NCBI GenBank assembly: GCA_013265495.1
Contig: MU058257.1
Span: 627,418-691,417, forward strand
Reading direction: 5' to 3'
Origin: Vicugna vicugna
Taxonomy: Eukaryota
DNA: 64,000 nucleotides
Under the pieces are notes generated by a model. That model saw only the letters and a program-made list of their open reading frames with translations, was not told the DNA's origin and made no database searches. Position 1 is the stretch's first letter, and each line of letters opens with the position of its first letter. The translations under genes were made by a program, and so were the position numbers. Shown one piece after another: positions 12,104 through 23,499 of this stretch.

Positions 12104-12743
12104 TGTAAGGCTGAGGCAGGCTAGTGGCTCTGAAATGAAACTAGAATCACAAGGCAGAGCAAAAGTGAGGTGTTGCTATATGAACAGGGCAGCAGACACA
12201 GCAGCTGCTCGCAAAAGGCAGCACCTGGTGACCACGACAGCCACGGTGACGTGGGCCAGGCAGACGCGCAAATGGATGGTCGCCCCACACCTTCTGAGCG
12301 CTAAACGCCCCTAATGCTTTAAAAGTCACCAGTCATAACTAACCACCACCCCTCTCCCCGCCATTCCCACGATCCCCCACCCTAGCCCTTTTGCTTGATT
12401 GGTTGATAATTCAATAAAATGCTGGGGTTGTCGGGGGTTGGGGGGCGATCTGGGTCCAGGGCGCTCCCGGCCTCAAGTTGGCTGGTAGAAGTGCTGGCCT
12501 GGGTCCCCTCCCATCCCAAGCCCGTCTGGCTGCACCTGAACTCCTGGCTCTCGGCTTGCTCTTCACTCCGCACACAAGCAACAGGGGCCATGATGTCCAG
12601 GGAATCCGGGTGCGCGGTGGTCCCCAGGAAACAAGGTAGCTGACAGGTATTTTAGGATCCCCAGACTTGTCGGGCCGCAGACGCTCAGAACCCGGGAAAG
12701 GCTAGATCACCCTCGGCCCGGCAGAGGCGTCTGAGCCTGACGA
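12104..12743 (+). repeat. 3' LTR
   Basis: Direct repeat of 8199-8828, preceded by aaaaagagag (PPT-like). Confidence 0.9.
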
Positions 12744-12771
12744 GCATTGTGCTGCACAGAACACGTTTAAT

Positions 12772-12973
12772 AACCGAGGAGGAGTGGGATGTCTTCTTCC
12801 TAGTACCACAGTCTCAGCACCCGGTGTACAGCGAGTCAGCCCTGTCTGCAAAGCCATACTGTCGGGTTTCCTCCCGTTCTCCAGTGTTGTCCAAAACCTC
12901 GTGCTGTGATCTCGTACAGAAAACTGCCATCATCAAACACTGCTGGCAGCCGGGTGTGATGCCAGTGACCCCA
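12772..12973 (+). repeat. Inverted duplicate of the NRP1 3'UTR segment 6552-6759
   Basis: Reverse complement of 6552-6759 aligns by eye at about 85% identity over ~200 bp. Confidence 0.93.
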
Positions 12974-13649
12974 GCTTTGCAGCCTTGGTGGTTTGGCTGG
13001 AGACAGTCACGCACCTCTGCCTTCAGGCACTGGGGAAATGTTTTCTTAAGAGTGGAACATGAGAAATTATTAACAGGGGAGCTTTGAGCCTAATTACCTG
13101 GTACTAGAAATGAGACTAAAATGTTAATGTGCAGCAGGCATGGTGTTTGCTTAATGGTGTTCTGATCAACAAGGGTTCCAATCAAAGGAAACTAAAAATA
13201 TGAGACGCAAGTCCCTAAACAGGGGAAAACAAGCCATGGGGACATATTAATATTCTCTCCCTCGATGCAACTTTGTTTTGACACAACCTCTAATAAAGTT
13301 TACATCTCAGTGTGGACGATGTAACTCAGCTAAATGAGCCACGTGTTAACATCACCAGCCGCACAGTAAGGCGCCATGTTTATTTTCTCTATCAAGTCTA
13401 AGTCTGGGTACAGCAGGTCCACATTTCTCACGGCAGCAGGTGCCCAGGCTGATGGACAGCGTGCAGGACAGCAGGCAGCAGCTGCGAGGGCCGCTGGGGC
13501 AAATGTCCAACACCCACCACTGCTGGGAGAGGGGTGGAGACGTCTGGGATAAAATGACATTGGGCAAGGCCTGACTCCGACCAAACATCTTGCATTTGAT
13601 CACAAAGCAATGTTCAATGGAAACACAGTCTGAAGTCTGAGGCTACCAT

Positions 13650-13800
13650 CTAATTAGCTGTGTTACTAAGACCAAGTCACTGCTCTGCATTTCAGTCTCC
13701 CCATCTGTGAAATGGGAATAAATATATCCCCAAGAGCGGCTGTCAGGATTGAGTAAGACAATGCACATAAAGTGGTTGGAGCACACTGGCTCCTCAGTAA
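13650..13800 (+). mobile_element. MIR SINE
   Basis: MIR core-like tcagtctccccatctgtgaaatgggaata...gtcaggattgagtaagacaatgcacataaag. Confidence 0.7.
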
Positions 13801-13849
13801 ACCCTCCTCCTCCTCCTCAGTGATGTCATCATCATCCCCAAACTAGGGT

Positions 13850-13903
13850 CTCACAGAAGCAACCTAATGTCTGCCAACAACAAGTGGAGAAGGAGGTTGT
13901 GGG

Positions 13904-13941
<38 letters not shown>

Positions 13942-14600
13942 GTAAATATATACATAAAATAGAATATTACTCAGTCAAACATAAGTTCATACTGTACAGC
14001 ACAGGGAACTATATCCAATGTCTTGTAGTAACTTATGGTGAAAAAGAATATGAAAACAGACATATGTACATTCATGTATGACTGAGGCATTATGCTGTAC
14101 ACCAGAAATTGACACAACATTGTAAACTCACTATACTTCAGTAAAAAAAAAAAATGCTAAAAAATAGAATATTACTCAGCCATAAAAAATAAGGAATTCA
14201 TGCCATGAAGCAACGTGGATGGGCCTAGAGATCACCATTATCAGTGAAGTCAGTCAGAAAGACAAATATCATATGATATCACTTATATGTGAAATCTGAA
14301 AGAATGACCAGACTTATTTACAAAACACAGAGAAAACAAACCAAAGGGGAAAGGGAGAGGAGGGACACATTAGGAGTCTGGGATCAGCAGACACACACTA
14401 CTGTATATAAAAGAGATAAATGACAAGGTCCTACTGCACAGCACAGGGAACTCTATTCAATAGCTTGTAATAACCTATAATGAAAAAGAATATATATATA
14501 TATATATATATATGTATAACTGAATCACTATGCTGTACACCAGAAACTAACACAACATTGCAAATCTACTATACCTCAATTTAAAAAAAATGAAAAAAAA
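13850..14600 (+). mobile_element. L1 3' end containing a younger nested L1 3' fragment (13975-14160)
   Basis: Nested piece has an A tail and a perfect 19 bp TSD aaaatagaatattactcag (13956-13974, 14161-14179). Confidence 0.85.
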
Positions 14601-15119
14601 ACTGTTTCACTAGAGGAGGAGGGCAGTAGATGGATAAAACACAACAGATCATCACAGAAACTGGGCCCCTGTCCTTTAACGATTATAGCTGGATATCAAC
14701 CAGACACCAGAACTTGGGCTGGTTTCAAATTATTGTATGAAAATTACTACAGGTCTTTGGGAAAGAAAGTCTTCACGAGTTTCCTGTTTCCATAGCTGTA
14801 AAATGAGAGTGTTTCACCCCACTGTCCTCCAGGTCCCTCCCCCAGCACAGGCAGGGAAGGGCCAGGGCAGGCACATGTCCCCAGGGCTCCACCGCTTACA
14901 GGGCGGAGCCTCTCACAGGGACCCCCCCGCCCCCGTGTGCGGAGCAGGTAGGAGGGGCCCTCTGGTGACCGTCCAAGGCCCAGTCCCACGGACAGGGATG
15001 CTCAGTTCATGTGCATTGCTCTGATTCCAGAAGGCACCAGACTTCCAGAAAGATTCTCCCCAAATATAAACAAAGCCACAGTAAAAGGTTTTAAGACTTG
15101 GTCAGCAGGACAAATTTAC

Positions 15120-15170
15120 CTGTTTCGTCCATTTTATTTTCTGGGTTCTTTTTATCCAGGTCTTCCGGTT
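15120..15170 (-). CDS. NRP1: NRP1 exon 16
   Basis: Encodes (K)PEDLDKKNPENKMDET; cag| and |gtaaat; 51 bp; phases match both neighbours. Confidence 0.93.
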
Positions 15171-15679
15171 CTGACAAGTCAAACAAAATTGAAAGAGATA
15201 TTTGAAGAGTCAACCAAACACAACACACATAAACCCTTACACACACACACGCACACACACACACACACAATCACTAATGGCTCTGCTGGGTTTCCACTGG
15301 AGTTCTCAGCACAATCTGACCCCACCGAGTAACCGGCCAGCAGTGGAAAGGCAATCCTAAATGACCCTGGAATGGGTGCCAGAGCCAAGTCCGGGGGGCC
15401 CTGCAGTAGCAGACTGTGTTGTCTTAGGAGCAGAGCAGGGCGGAGAGAGAGGGTTTTGGCTCTTTGGGCTGGGGGAATATCTGGTAAAAACAGAAAACAG
15501 CAGTGGGCTGTCCACGTGGCTACCGTCTTGCGCTTTTGTAGATAAGTGCTCCCTAACTCGATGAGCCTTGGCTTCCCATATAGTAGGTCCGCTAACCAAG
15601 GCCAGACGCCGTGTCCTGTGTCTCCTCGGCTCCCAAAAAAAGGTTTTTGGAGAAATGGAGTCCTGGTGTCCCTTGTGTT

Positions 15680-15790
15680 CTGAGCAGGGGACAAGGATTT
15701 GGTTCACTGTTGTATCTCCAGCATTTAAAACAGTGTCCGGAACATATCTGGTGCCTCAGTAAATATCTGTTGTATTAATGCATGAATAAA
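15680..15790 (+). mobile_element. L2 3' end
   Basis: gttcactgttgtatctccagca...cagtaaatatctgttg...atgaataaa pattern. Confidence 0.6.
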
Positions 15791-17269
15791 TAATGCAATA
15801 AACAGCTGAAAACCTCACAGCACCCCTGGCTAAATATTCAAGGAAACGTATCTGACGAGTAATTGTAGACTTCTCTTAGACACCTTTCACTGTGAGAGCA
15901 GCATGAAGTGTCTTCAGGGTGCTTGAGTTGTGCCTTTGAGTCCAGTGCCGGGCAGTAGCCACGGCCGAGGGGACCAGCCATGTGGAAGGGAAAGGCTCGT
16001 GGACCTGTCTCAGCCTCTGCGCATTCACTGTGGCACTTGGATGCTGCTTTGCACACAGCAGGTGGCCAGTGAAGACTTGCTGAGCTGAAGTGAACTGACT
16101 CCCTTGTTGCAGTGGGTGGACTTCATGCTCACATTCCAAAACCATCACGTCATCTCCCTCTCATCTTGGAACAGAGAAGAAGCAACAGTGACACACGCAC
16201 CATGTAACTATCCGAAGTACCCATTTTAACAACTGTGCAGACGTGGATGTGGGTCATTTGTAAAGTAGCCATAACTTAAATATTAAGCCCTGTCATTTTC
16301 GGTGAAGGGTCTGCTAAGTAGTGTGACATTAAATAGATTTTCTTGCATAATATAAAGAAGGAGTCCTTTATTCACTGCTTGTTTCTTCCCCCAATTTCTT
16401 CAAGCGACCCTATCAAATTATTGCCACTTTAGGGGTTACGTATATCCAATATATTGTATAATAAAAGCTTTGTAAATTGCTGGAACGACCAAAAACCCAT
16501 TATAGCCAACAGGCCTCCTTTGTCTTAAATTTGCCCAACAGACTGATTCCATCTCGCTATAATTAACATCCTATTATATTATGATATATAACAAAAGTCT
16601 AAGTGTAGCCAGTGGAGCTTAAGACTAATTAGTGTGCTATTACATTGCCATTAGTGATGCTATTCATAATTTTATATCAAGAACCGGGAGTATGAACTGT
16701 CAGACTTTTATCCACATACACCAGACCGATAACATCCATCCCCTCCGAAACACTAGCGAAGTCTCGAAATTTCATGTATCTGAGTCATTTCAACGGTTTT
16801 CAGGGTCAGAAACATCTACTTTGTAAGACAGTGAACAATGATGGTGTCCATGACCCATGAACAGTCATTAAGTCCACTGTGAGCAAAAATTTCAAAGGCC
16901 TGCTGTTTTGTTTACACACTCAGCTATCTGGAGTTCTCCAGACGTCTGCATTTTCCCCGTTTCATCACAGTGCTTTGGCCCGGCGTACACAGCCTGCGGA
17001 CCGTGAGCTGCTTCCTCGCTGTGATCTTTGGATTCCACGTTACTTAAGTCATTTTCTGGGCACCAACATTCTAAGCCATTCTAAGTGAACCAGGTAACGG
17101 GGTAGCTAAAGGCAGACAGACCTGGCTTTATACCCTGTTGCACCAGAACATGCATTTCACAGGATGCACTACAGCCCACATTGAGATTCTAGGTCTAAGT
17201 GAGCAGGACAGAGCCCACCACAGGGAGGACGCGTGCCCTGGGCAGGGTCCCACAGCCGCTCGCACTTAC

Positions 17270-17366
17270 TTGTGCAGTCCTCCTGAGGGATGTGGTTGTT
17301 AATCCTTATGTCATCCACCGCGATCCCGCCAAGGCTCCCTTTCCCGATTTCACCCTCAAAAATCAC
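17270..17366 (-). CDS. NRP1: NRP1 exon 15 (end of MAM)
   Basis: Encodes VIFEGEIGKGSLGGIAVDDIRINNHIPQEDCT; ttag| acceptor abutting an L1 fragment, |gtaagt donor; 97 bp. Confidence 0.96.
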
Positions 17367-17368
17367 CT

Positions 17369-17608
17369 AACAAGCGGAGAGATGAATTAGGAGTTTGGGA
17401 TTTGCTGATACACACTGCTGTATATAACACAGACCAACAACAAGGACCTGCTGTACAGCACGGGGAACCATATTCAATGCACATTTCAGTGTATTTCAAT
17501 ACCCAATGAAAAGGAATATGAGAAAGAATACGTGTGTGTAACTGAATCACCTTGCTGTACACCAGAAACTAACACAGCATTGTAAATTGACTCTATTTCA
17601 GGTTTTTA
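17369..17608 (+). mobile_element. 5'-truncated L1 3' end inserted at the exon 15 acceptor
   Basis: L1 3'UTR (gaattaggagtttgggattt...gctgtacaccagaaactaacac) flanked by an 11 bp TSD aaaaatcacct (17358-17368, 17609-17619). Confidence 0.9.
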
Positions 17609-18107
17609 AAAAATCACCTGACCTAACCTAATGAGATCATTTTCCCAGTATTTAAATGTTCGGTCCCAAATAACAGTGTTTGCAAAATTGTCCCACTCAA
17701 GCCACAGCACGTCTATTAAATTCTTGAGATTTCCTGTAAGGACGTGGCTTGCTCTCCAATCCGTATGAACTACATGGCAATGGCATAAAACTGCCTGTCA
17801 TGCTCCCTTTGTATGATACAGAATGTAAAACTGGAGAAAGCAGCACATAACAGGAATGCTCATTGTGAGAGCCCAGAAGTATTTACAGGGCAGCATTTCC
17901 CCCTCTTTCTCAGCAGACTGATTCTATGCCTTTAATCTTGGGGACTGTGAACCCTGCTACCAAGATTATCATCCTCGTGGCAATATCTCAGGTTCCGGAA
18001 ACACCTGACATCATTCCATGATTCCCACATCTCATCTGCATAACTTTCAGACACACTCCCCGCATCCCCGAGGCAGCTGCCCTCCCGGACCCAGGGAAGG
18101 GGCGCAC

Positions 18108-18379
18108 CTGGTAAAGTTTCAGAGACTTGTGCAGCAGGACACGCCCCTCTTTCCAGTGGTCCCCTTGGTGCCCGATGGCCATCCAGACCAACTGGTCGTA
18201 CTCCTCCGGCTTCTGGTAGCGCAGTTTGACCCGCAGCGTGCCCACGTGTGAGCCGGACATGTGGTACCAGAAGGTCATGCAGTGGGCGGAGTTCTGGGAA
18301 TACACGACTGGGCTCACCAGGCGAGCCACTTTGCCCTTCTGGTTCTCGTCGGCTTGGGAGTACAGGAAGTTCCCATCTC
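18108..18379 (-). CDS. NRP1: NRP1 exon 14 (MAM)
   Basis: Encodes (G)DGNFLYSQADENQKGKVARLVSPVVYSQNSAHCMTFWYHMSG...LHKSLKLYQ; cagcag| acceptor, |gtgcgc donor; 272 bp. Confidence 0.97.
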
Positions 18380-21300
18380 CTGCTGTGACAAAAGGCTGCG
18401 TTAGGGAGGGTGGCCCAGCAGATGCCCTCTGCCTCCTTCCTGTGATGTTCTGCTACTCAAGCCTTCTCTCCGGGGCTGAGCACCAGAACCCAACCACGCA
18501 GTGGAAGGGAAGGTGTGCAGTTGATGCCAACCTCGTTGGCACTGAAAGCTCCGCTCTCAGCTTCTGCGAGAGGACGTTCGCCCAGGAGGCTGTAAGCCGC
18601 ATGAGAGGGACACCCCGTATCTGGAACGCACGGCCCCCTGGCCACGGTGCAGGTTGGCCTCTGCACCACGGAAAGCAGATGGAACGTCCGGGAAGCCCTA
18701 TTTTTGTGCAACTTTTAGCTTGTTCCAGCAGCGCCCGTGTGAACACAGAGCACAGGGGATAATTTGATGTAGTCTTATTTATGAAGCAGCAGGACTTCTG
18801 GCTGGTGATGTTTTGGTCACTAGGATAGCTTGATAATAACCGAGCTGCAGTTTGCCCAAATAACCTAGCCATCTTTTTTCCCCCTAGATTCCAATGATTC
18901 TCCCCAAGTTTATTTTAACAGCTTATAAATTTCCTTAAATACACCGGAGGGCTGGAAACTCCACTATGAGCCCCACTCCTGTTGGATGTGGGCTGCCAGT
19001 TCAGAGAGGGGCAAGGCTGCATTTTTGAGGCTTATTACAATGTGCCGTTTTGGCAACGGACATGCTTGCTGAGCTTGGAGGACGAACTCCTGGCTCCACT
19101 GTTAATGACCCCCAGTGGGAGCCCTGCCTCCTGCCACCACCTGGTCTAAACACACGACTCATATTTCCCCGTTCGCTCTGCAAATAGAAATGTGCCTCTA
19201 ACGCTGCACCTGATGTAAGCGTGAATGTGGGGCCTCAGTGGGCAGTGGGATGGTCCACGTGCCACCCAAGAGGCTGGTGTGTCTGGAGAAACGCTTACTG
19301 CACGCTTGTGGGCAGGTCCTGTGTCAGCAGCACCCGGGTCGTGTGGACTGGGACACTTTCCTCTCTCACCTGACAGCTAGTCTGGGTTGGTACTGAGTAC
19401 TCTTAATAAAACCAGTGGGCGGGATAATGAAAAGAGGGTGGAAATTAAAACCACAGGGCTGGCGGTACACGTGATGCTCTGTCTCTGGGGAGTGTCCTCT
19501 GTGACCACGCAGACTCGGACACCCCCGGGGTCTGTTTCCTCCCACTGATTACAGGTGGTGGCCACCTGTCCGTGTCATAGTACCACCTCGCTCGGCCAGC
19601 AAGGCGGGCAGGTAAGACACCCACCTTGGCCCTGCTAGTCTTTTATGAATTGTTTAACAACACTGCAAAACATAAGACAAAGGACTATGATACAAAAAAT
19701 GTCAGCGTGTTGTTCTAACACGCTGTGGAACAGAGTGACTTTTCTGGACATTAAATGTGTTTACAATTCCATTTTCATAAATACCGCATGGCTTAATGGT
19801 TGAGAAATTTAAAAAACCCAGAAATTATTGGTAATTTTCACCTCCAGGTATTTTCCTTCTAAAACACATATACAGCCAAGATTTTAATGTGAAATACTCT
19901 TAATTGTTTCTTTTGTCTTGATGAGCAAAACGTGGAAACAGCGGTTTTCAGTTTTGGTCACCCAAGAAACCTATTTTCATTTGTTTTCGGAGAAGTCTGT
20001 ACTCTAAATAGACACAGTATTGCCACAACAATGAGCGAAACTCTTCTTGGTAATAAAAAATGGTTATTTCTCCCTAAGCAAAAACAAAAAGAAACAAAAA
20101 CTCCCCTGCCTCCAGATCTTATGGAGAAGAGTGGAGTTGAGGATGCTCAGCTGAGATGGTCCCTGAGCCAGGCCAGCTCCTCTGCCCCCTCCTGGGCTAT
20201 CTCCTGCCACCGCTGCCCCCCGCCCCCACTGCTGTGGGACACCCTCGCTCCACTGCGCTGGACGGTTTCCCACCCACAACCGACTGTGAGGCCGCCAGGC
20301 TTGGGCCTCCCTCCCTCACACTTGTGTCTCCAGTGACCACCAAAGCATCTCCCATACAAGCCAGCAGTTCGATAACATTCGTGCAATGAAGCAGGGGAGG
20401 ATGCGGGCTTGGGGCATCCTCCGTGAGTTGGGACACAGCTTCACTGTTAGAAGTCAAATGCAGAAAACCAAGTGGGATTCCTTCAAGATTTTAACTAAAA
20501 TTAAAATGTAAGAATTCTCCACAGCTGATTTGCAAAGTGCCGCCCGGTCTGTGTCAGTCTGAGTGGGTGTGGGGGGCTTCTTCCACCTGGACTTGCCCAT
20601 GGAAACAAGTTCCTGCCTTTCGGATGTCAGGCTCACCCCTCCCGGCAAATGATCGTGTGTCTAGTGCTGGGGGGCAGCCCCGGTGCCAGTGCCGGGTAAA
20701 TCGGCGTGTCTGGGAGGACAAAAGAGACACAGCCCTCTGAAGGAACCGCACTTCTCAGCCGTTAATCCAAGACAAGCCGCCCTTCCTGACACTCCGACAC
20801 AGAAAGCGCTGGCGGTTTTCCTTTCGGGGGTTTTATCGCATTTCTGGGTCAGGAACCCGCTCTTGGCTTTCTCAATTAGCACTGTACTTCTGCAAGCCTT
20901 TTAGCTTTTGTCTCGGGCTAACGTAGCTTTTAACCTCCTTTGAATGTCAGATCCTACTGAGCCATTTTGCTTCACTTTACATCCATTTTTCCACCATTAC
21001 TGCCTTCGGGGCGGCTAATTGCATTTGGTTAATTTGATGCCATTTTGTATGTTCAGTGCCACTTACAGTCAAAGTATTTTAAGTTTTCTAAAACTGCCTG
21101 TCTCAAGACTCAATTGAAAGTGTCTCACGATTGAAGGAGTCCAATTTTAACCAATTTCCTTGTCATTCTCATTAGGAAAGGAGGTGGCGGCGGTGGGAGG
21201 AGGCCCATTCAACCAACTTAATGGCTGTATTCACTGGGAGAAGTGTGAACAACAAAGTGTGCAAGGCAGGAAGCACCTCTGCCCATCCCCGGGCCCGCTC

Positions 21301-21789
21301 AGCACGGGGGGGCCTCGGCTGAGCGAGATTTCCCAGCGCCAGCAAATGTGCGTCTGGGGTCTCATCTGGGAAGCCGTGACTTGGGTAAGCCGTCCTGTCA
21401 GTACCACTGATGAGAAGTTTGTGGGTTGGGTGTGTGAGTGTGTGTGTGTGAGTGCACGCATGTGTGTTTCTGCAGGACACTCCTGGTTCTTTATTCCATT
21501 CCTCCAGTTGGGTGGAGAAATGACTAGAGGGAAACAAGATGGCGCTAGACGAAGAGTTTCCTGGAGTGGCTGACTGTTCGTGTCCCCCAGGCCTAGTTAA
21601 TCTTAGGAGGAAAGGAAGACAGGAGGTGGGGTGGGCTGTGGGTTGGGGTGTGGTGAGGTTTCTACCCACTCAGAGGGAGTGGGCTAGATTTACAATCTTC
21701 TTCAAAAGAACAAGATTTCTACCCACACCCCAAGCCACCTCCACTCCAAGGGTCACGAGAGAAGCATTACGCTCACTTAGGGCTTCCTT

Positions 21790-21990
21790 AGCTGCAGAGT
21801 AAGTGAGATGACACCTGTATGTCTGGACTTGCTTCAAAACCACCCAGAGTTAGGGTGAGAGAGAGAAACCAAGATCCCTGTGATTTGGTGATTGTTGAAG
21901 TTGAGTTATGTTTCTGGAGGGTTCATTTGACTCTTTCTTTTCTACTTTTGAATCCGTTGGAATATGTTTGGAATTTCCCATGAAAAAAGT
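21790..21990 (+). mobile_element. Old L1M 3' fragment
   Basis: gtctggacttgcttcaaa...attgttgaagttgag...tttctacttttg...tttggaatttccc, typical of ancient L1M 3' ends. Confidence 0.55.
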
Positions 21991-22267
21991 TCAGACGAAG
22001 TAGAAAAACAGGTACAAATTCACACACACTCCTTCGCCCAGTGGCTATTTTTCAGAGAGGCCGATCAGTTGCCGAATTGAATCAGCATTCTCAACCAAAC
22101 GACCCTCTCCTAGGAAAGGACATCTTCTTAATTCCAGAAAATAAAAGTGCAAGTGAATACTCTGCAGAATTTTCTAACCCCCCTAAACTCACAGAGCCGG
22201 CAACCCTCCACAGGCATAACACTGCTTCTGATTGGAAGAAACGAGGCCACAGTGAACCCTCCATTAC

Positions 22268-22405
22268 CTGTGTGATCCTGAATCGGCCCCGTCTTGCTGG
22301 TCAACACACTCCATTTGAGCTGCACGTGGTTGTCGTGCTCCCAGTGACAGAACGTCTTGTGGGAGCCCCAGCCAAACTCACAGTTAAAACCGTACGTTGG
22401 AAACT
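22268..22405 (-). CDS. NRP1: NRP1 exon 13 (start of MAM)
   Basis: Encodes (E)FPTYGFNCEFGWGSHKTFCHWEHDNHVQLKWSVLTSKTGPIQDHT; aag| after a pyrimidine tract, |gtaatg; 138 bp. Confidence 0.97.
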
Positions 22406-23480
22406 CTTGGGTGGGGAAAAGGAAAAAGGGAGACAGAGAGAGACAAATTTCATCATTTCGGTCAGAAAGGCCCTTCATTTGTCCATGGAAAGCAAGACTT
22501 AATGTAACTTAATGTCTGTTAAAAAATTCTGGGAAAGCCACAAAGCCCAGGATTACCAGGAAACTCAAAAAGATGCATGAAGATGTCTAAATGTTTGCAC
22601 AATCATGTTGAGCAATTATTATCCTTTTAAAATCCAGCTCAAAAAAGATCAAGGACTGCCTGCCAAACTGGTTGTACTGAACCTTTCCAGGAAGGTTTCT
22701 TCCCAAAGCATGTCTGTTACACCTGCAGCATTCTCCCGATTTCCACAACATTTAATATAAGAGATACTCCATTCATGAGGATGAATCATATAAATTGATA
22801 TCCACCCATGGAAAGAATCTCAATTTAGAGACTGGCCTACGGACCTCCGGAGTCTGGAAACGTGACTTGGCTGAGCCTCTCACCCTTGAGGCTCTTTGTA
22901 TTCTCGCCACACCAGCTGATGCCTCAGATCCTCACTGTCCGATCACTGAAGCATTTCTGAAGATTACTTTTGACTTCTGTGCTTTATATCAGGTCAATTA
23001 ATTTTAAGTGTATGTCTGCTTTTTTAGTGAATTTTCAGATTTGCATATAAATTGCTCACCCCACCTAAAACCCCAGTGCAAGGTCAAGCAAAGCCAAAGC
23101 GTATTTGAACAGGTTCCCATCTGTACTTTTTTTTTTTAATGTTCCGAATGCTTCCTCTGGAATCTAAACAGAAAGTATGAATGGCTTCTCAGGAACGGGT
23201 TGTCCTGTGCGTTCTACAGGTGCTATTTGACTACGCATTTTTTTTTTAAATCTCTATAGCCTTATTTTTTACTTAACCCTTTGTTTGGAAAGTAGCTTAA
23301 CCTTTAAGGATGGGGAAAATGCTTGGGATTTTGGTGGTGGTGGGGTACTTGAGCTAACAATATAAATAATCCTAAAGATAAAATTCTCATGCCTCTGCCA
23401 GGCCCCCTCTTCCCTCCTAAGATTAAATACCCAACAGAGGCTGCTTTCGCTAACAAGGGAAGGTCACTGCATCTCCCTGG

Positions 23481-23499
23481 GTCCACCAGATGGCAGCAT
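23481..23499 (+). promoter_or_regulatory. CTCF-like motif in intron 12
   Basis: CCACCAGATGGCAGCA closely matches the CTCF core consensus. Confidence 0.5.

Larger units (their letters stand above)
8199..12743 (+). mobile_element. Defective class II (betaretrovirus-like) endogenous provirus in intron 16, antisense to NRP1
   Basis: Two ~630 bp direct LTRs starting TGTAAGG, PBS, decayed gag, dUTPase-like segment, protease motif, integrase C-terminus, purine-rich tract before the 3' LTR. Confidence 0.92.

Noticed and set aside
8193..12750. Clean target-site duplication for the provirus
   Set aside because: Flanks gggttg and gcattg match only 4 of 6 bases and the terminal CA is not clear, so the exact ends are not claimed.
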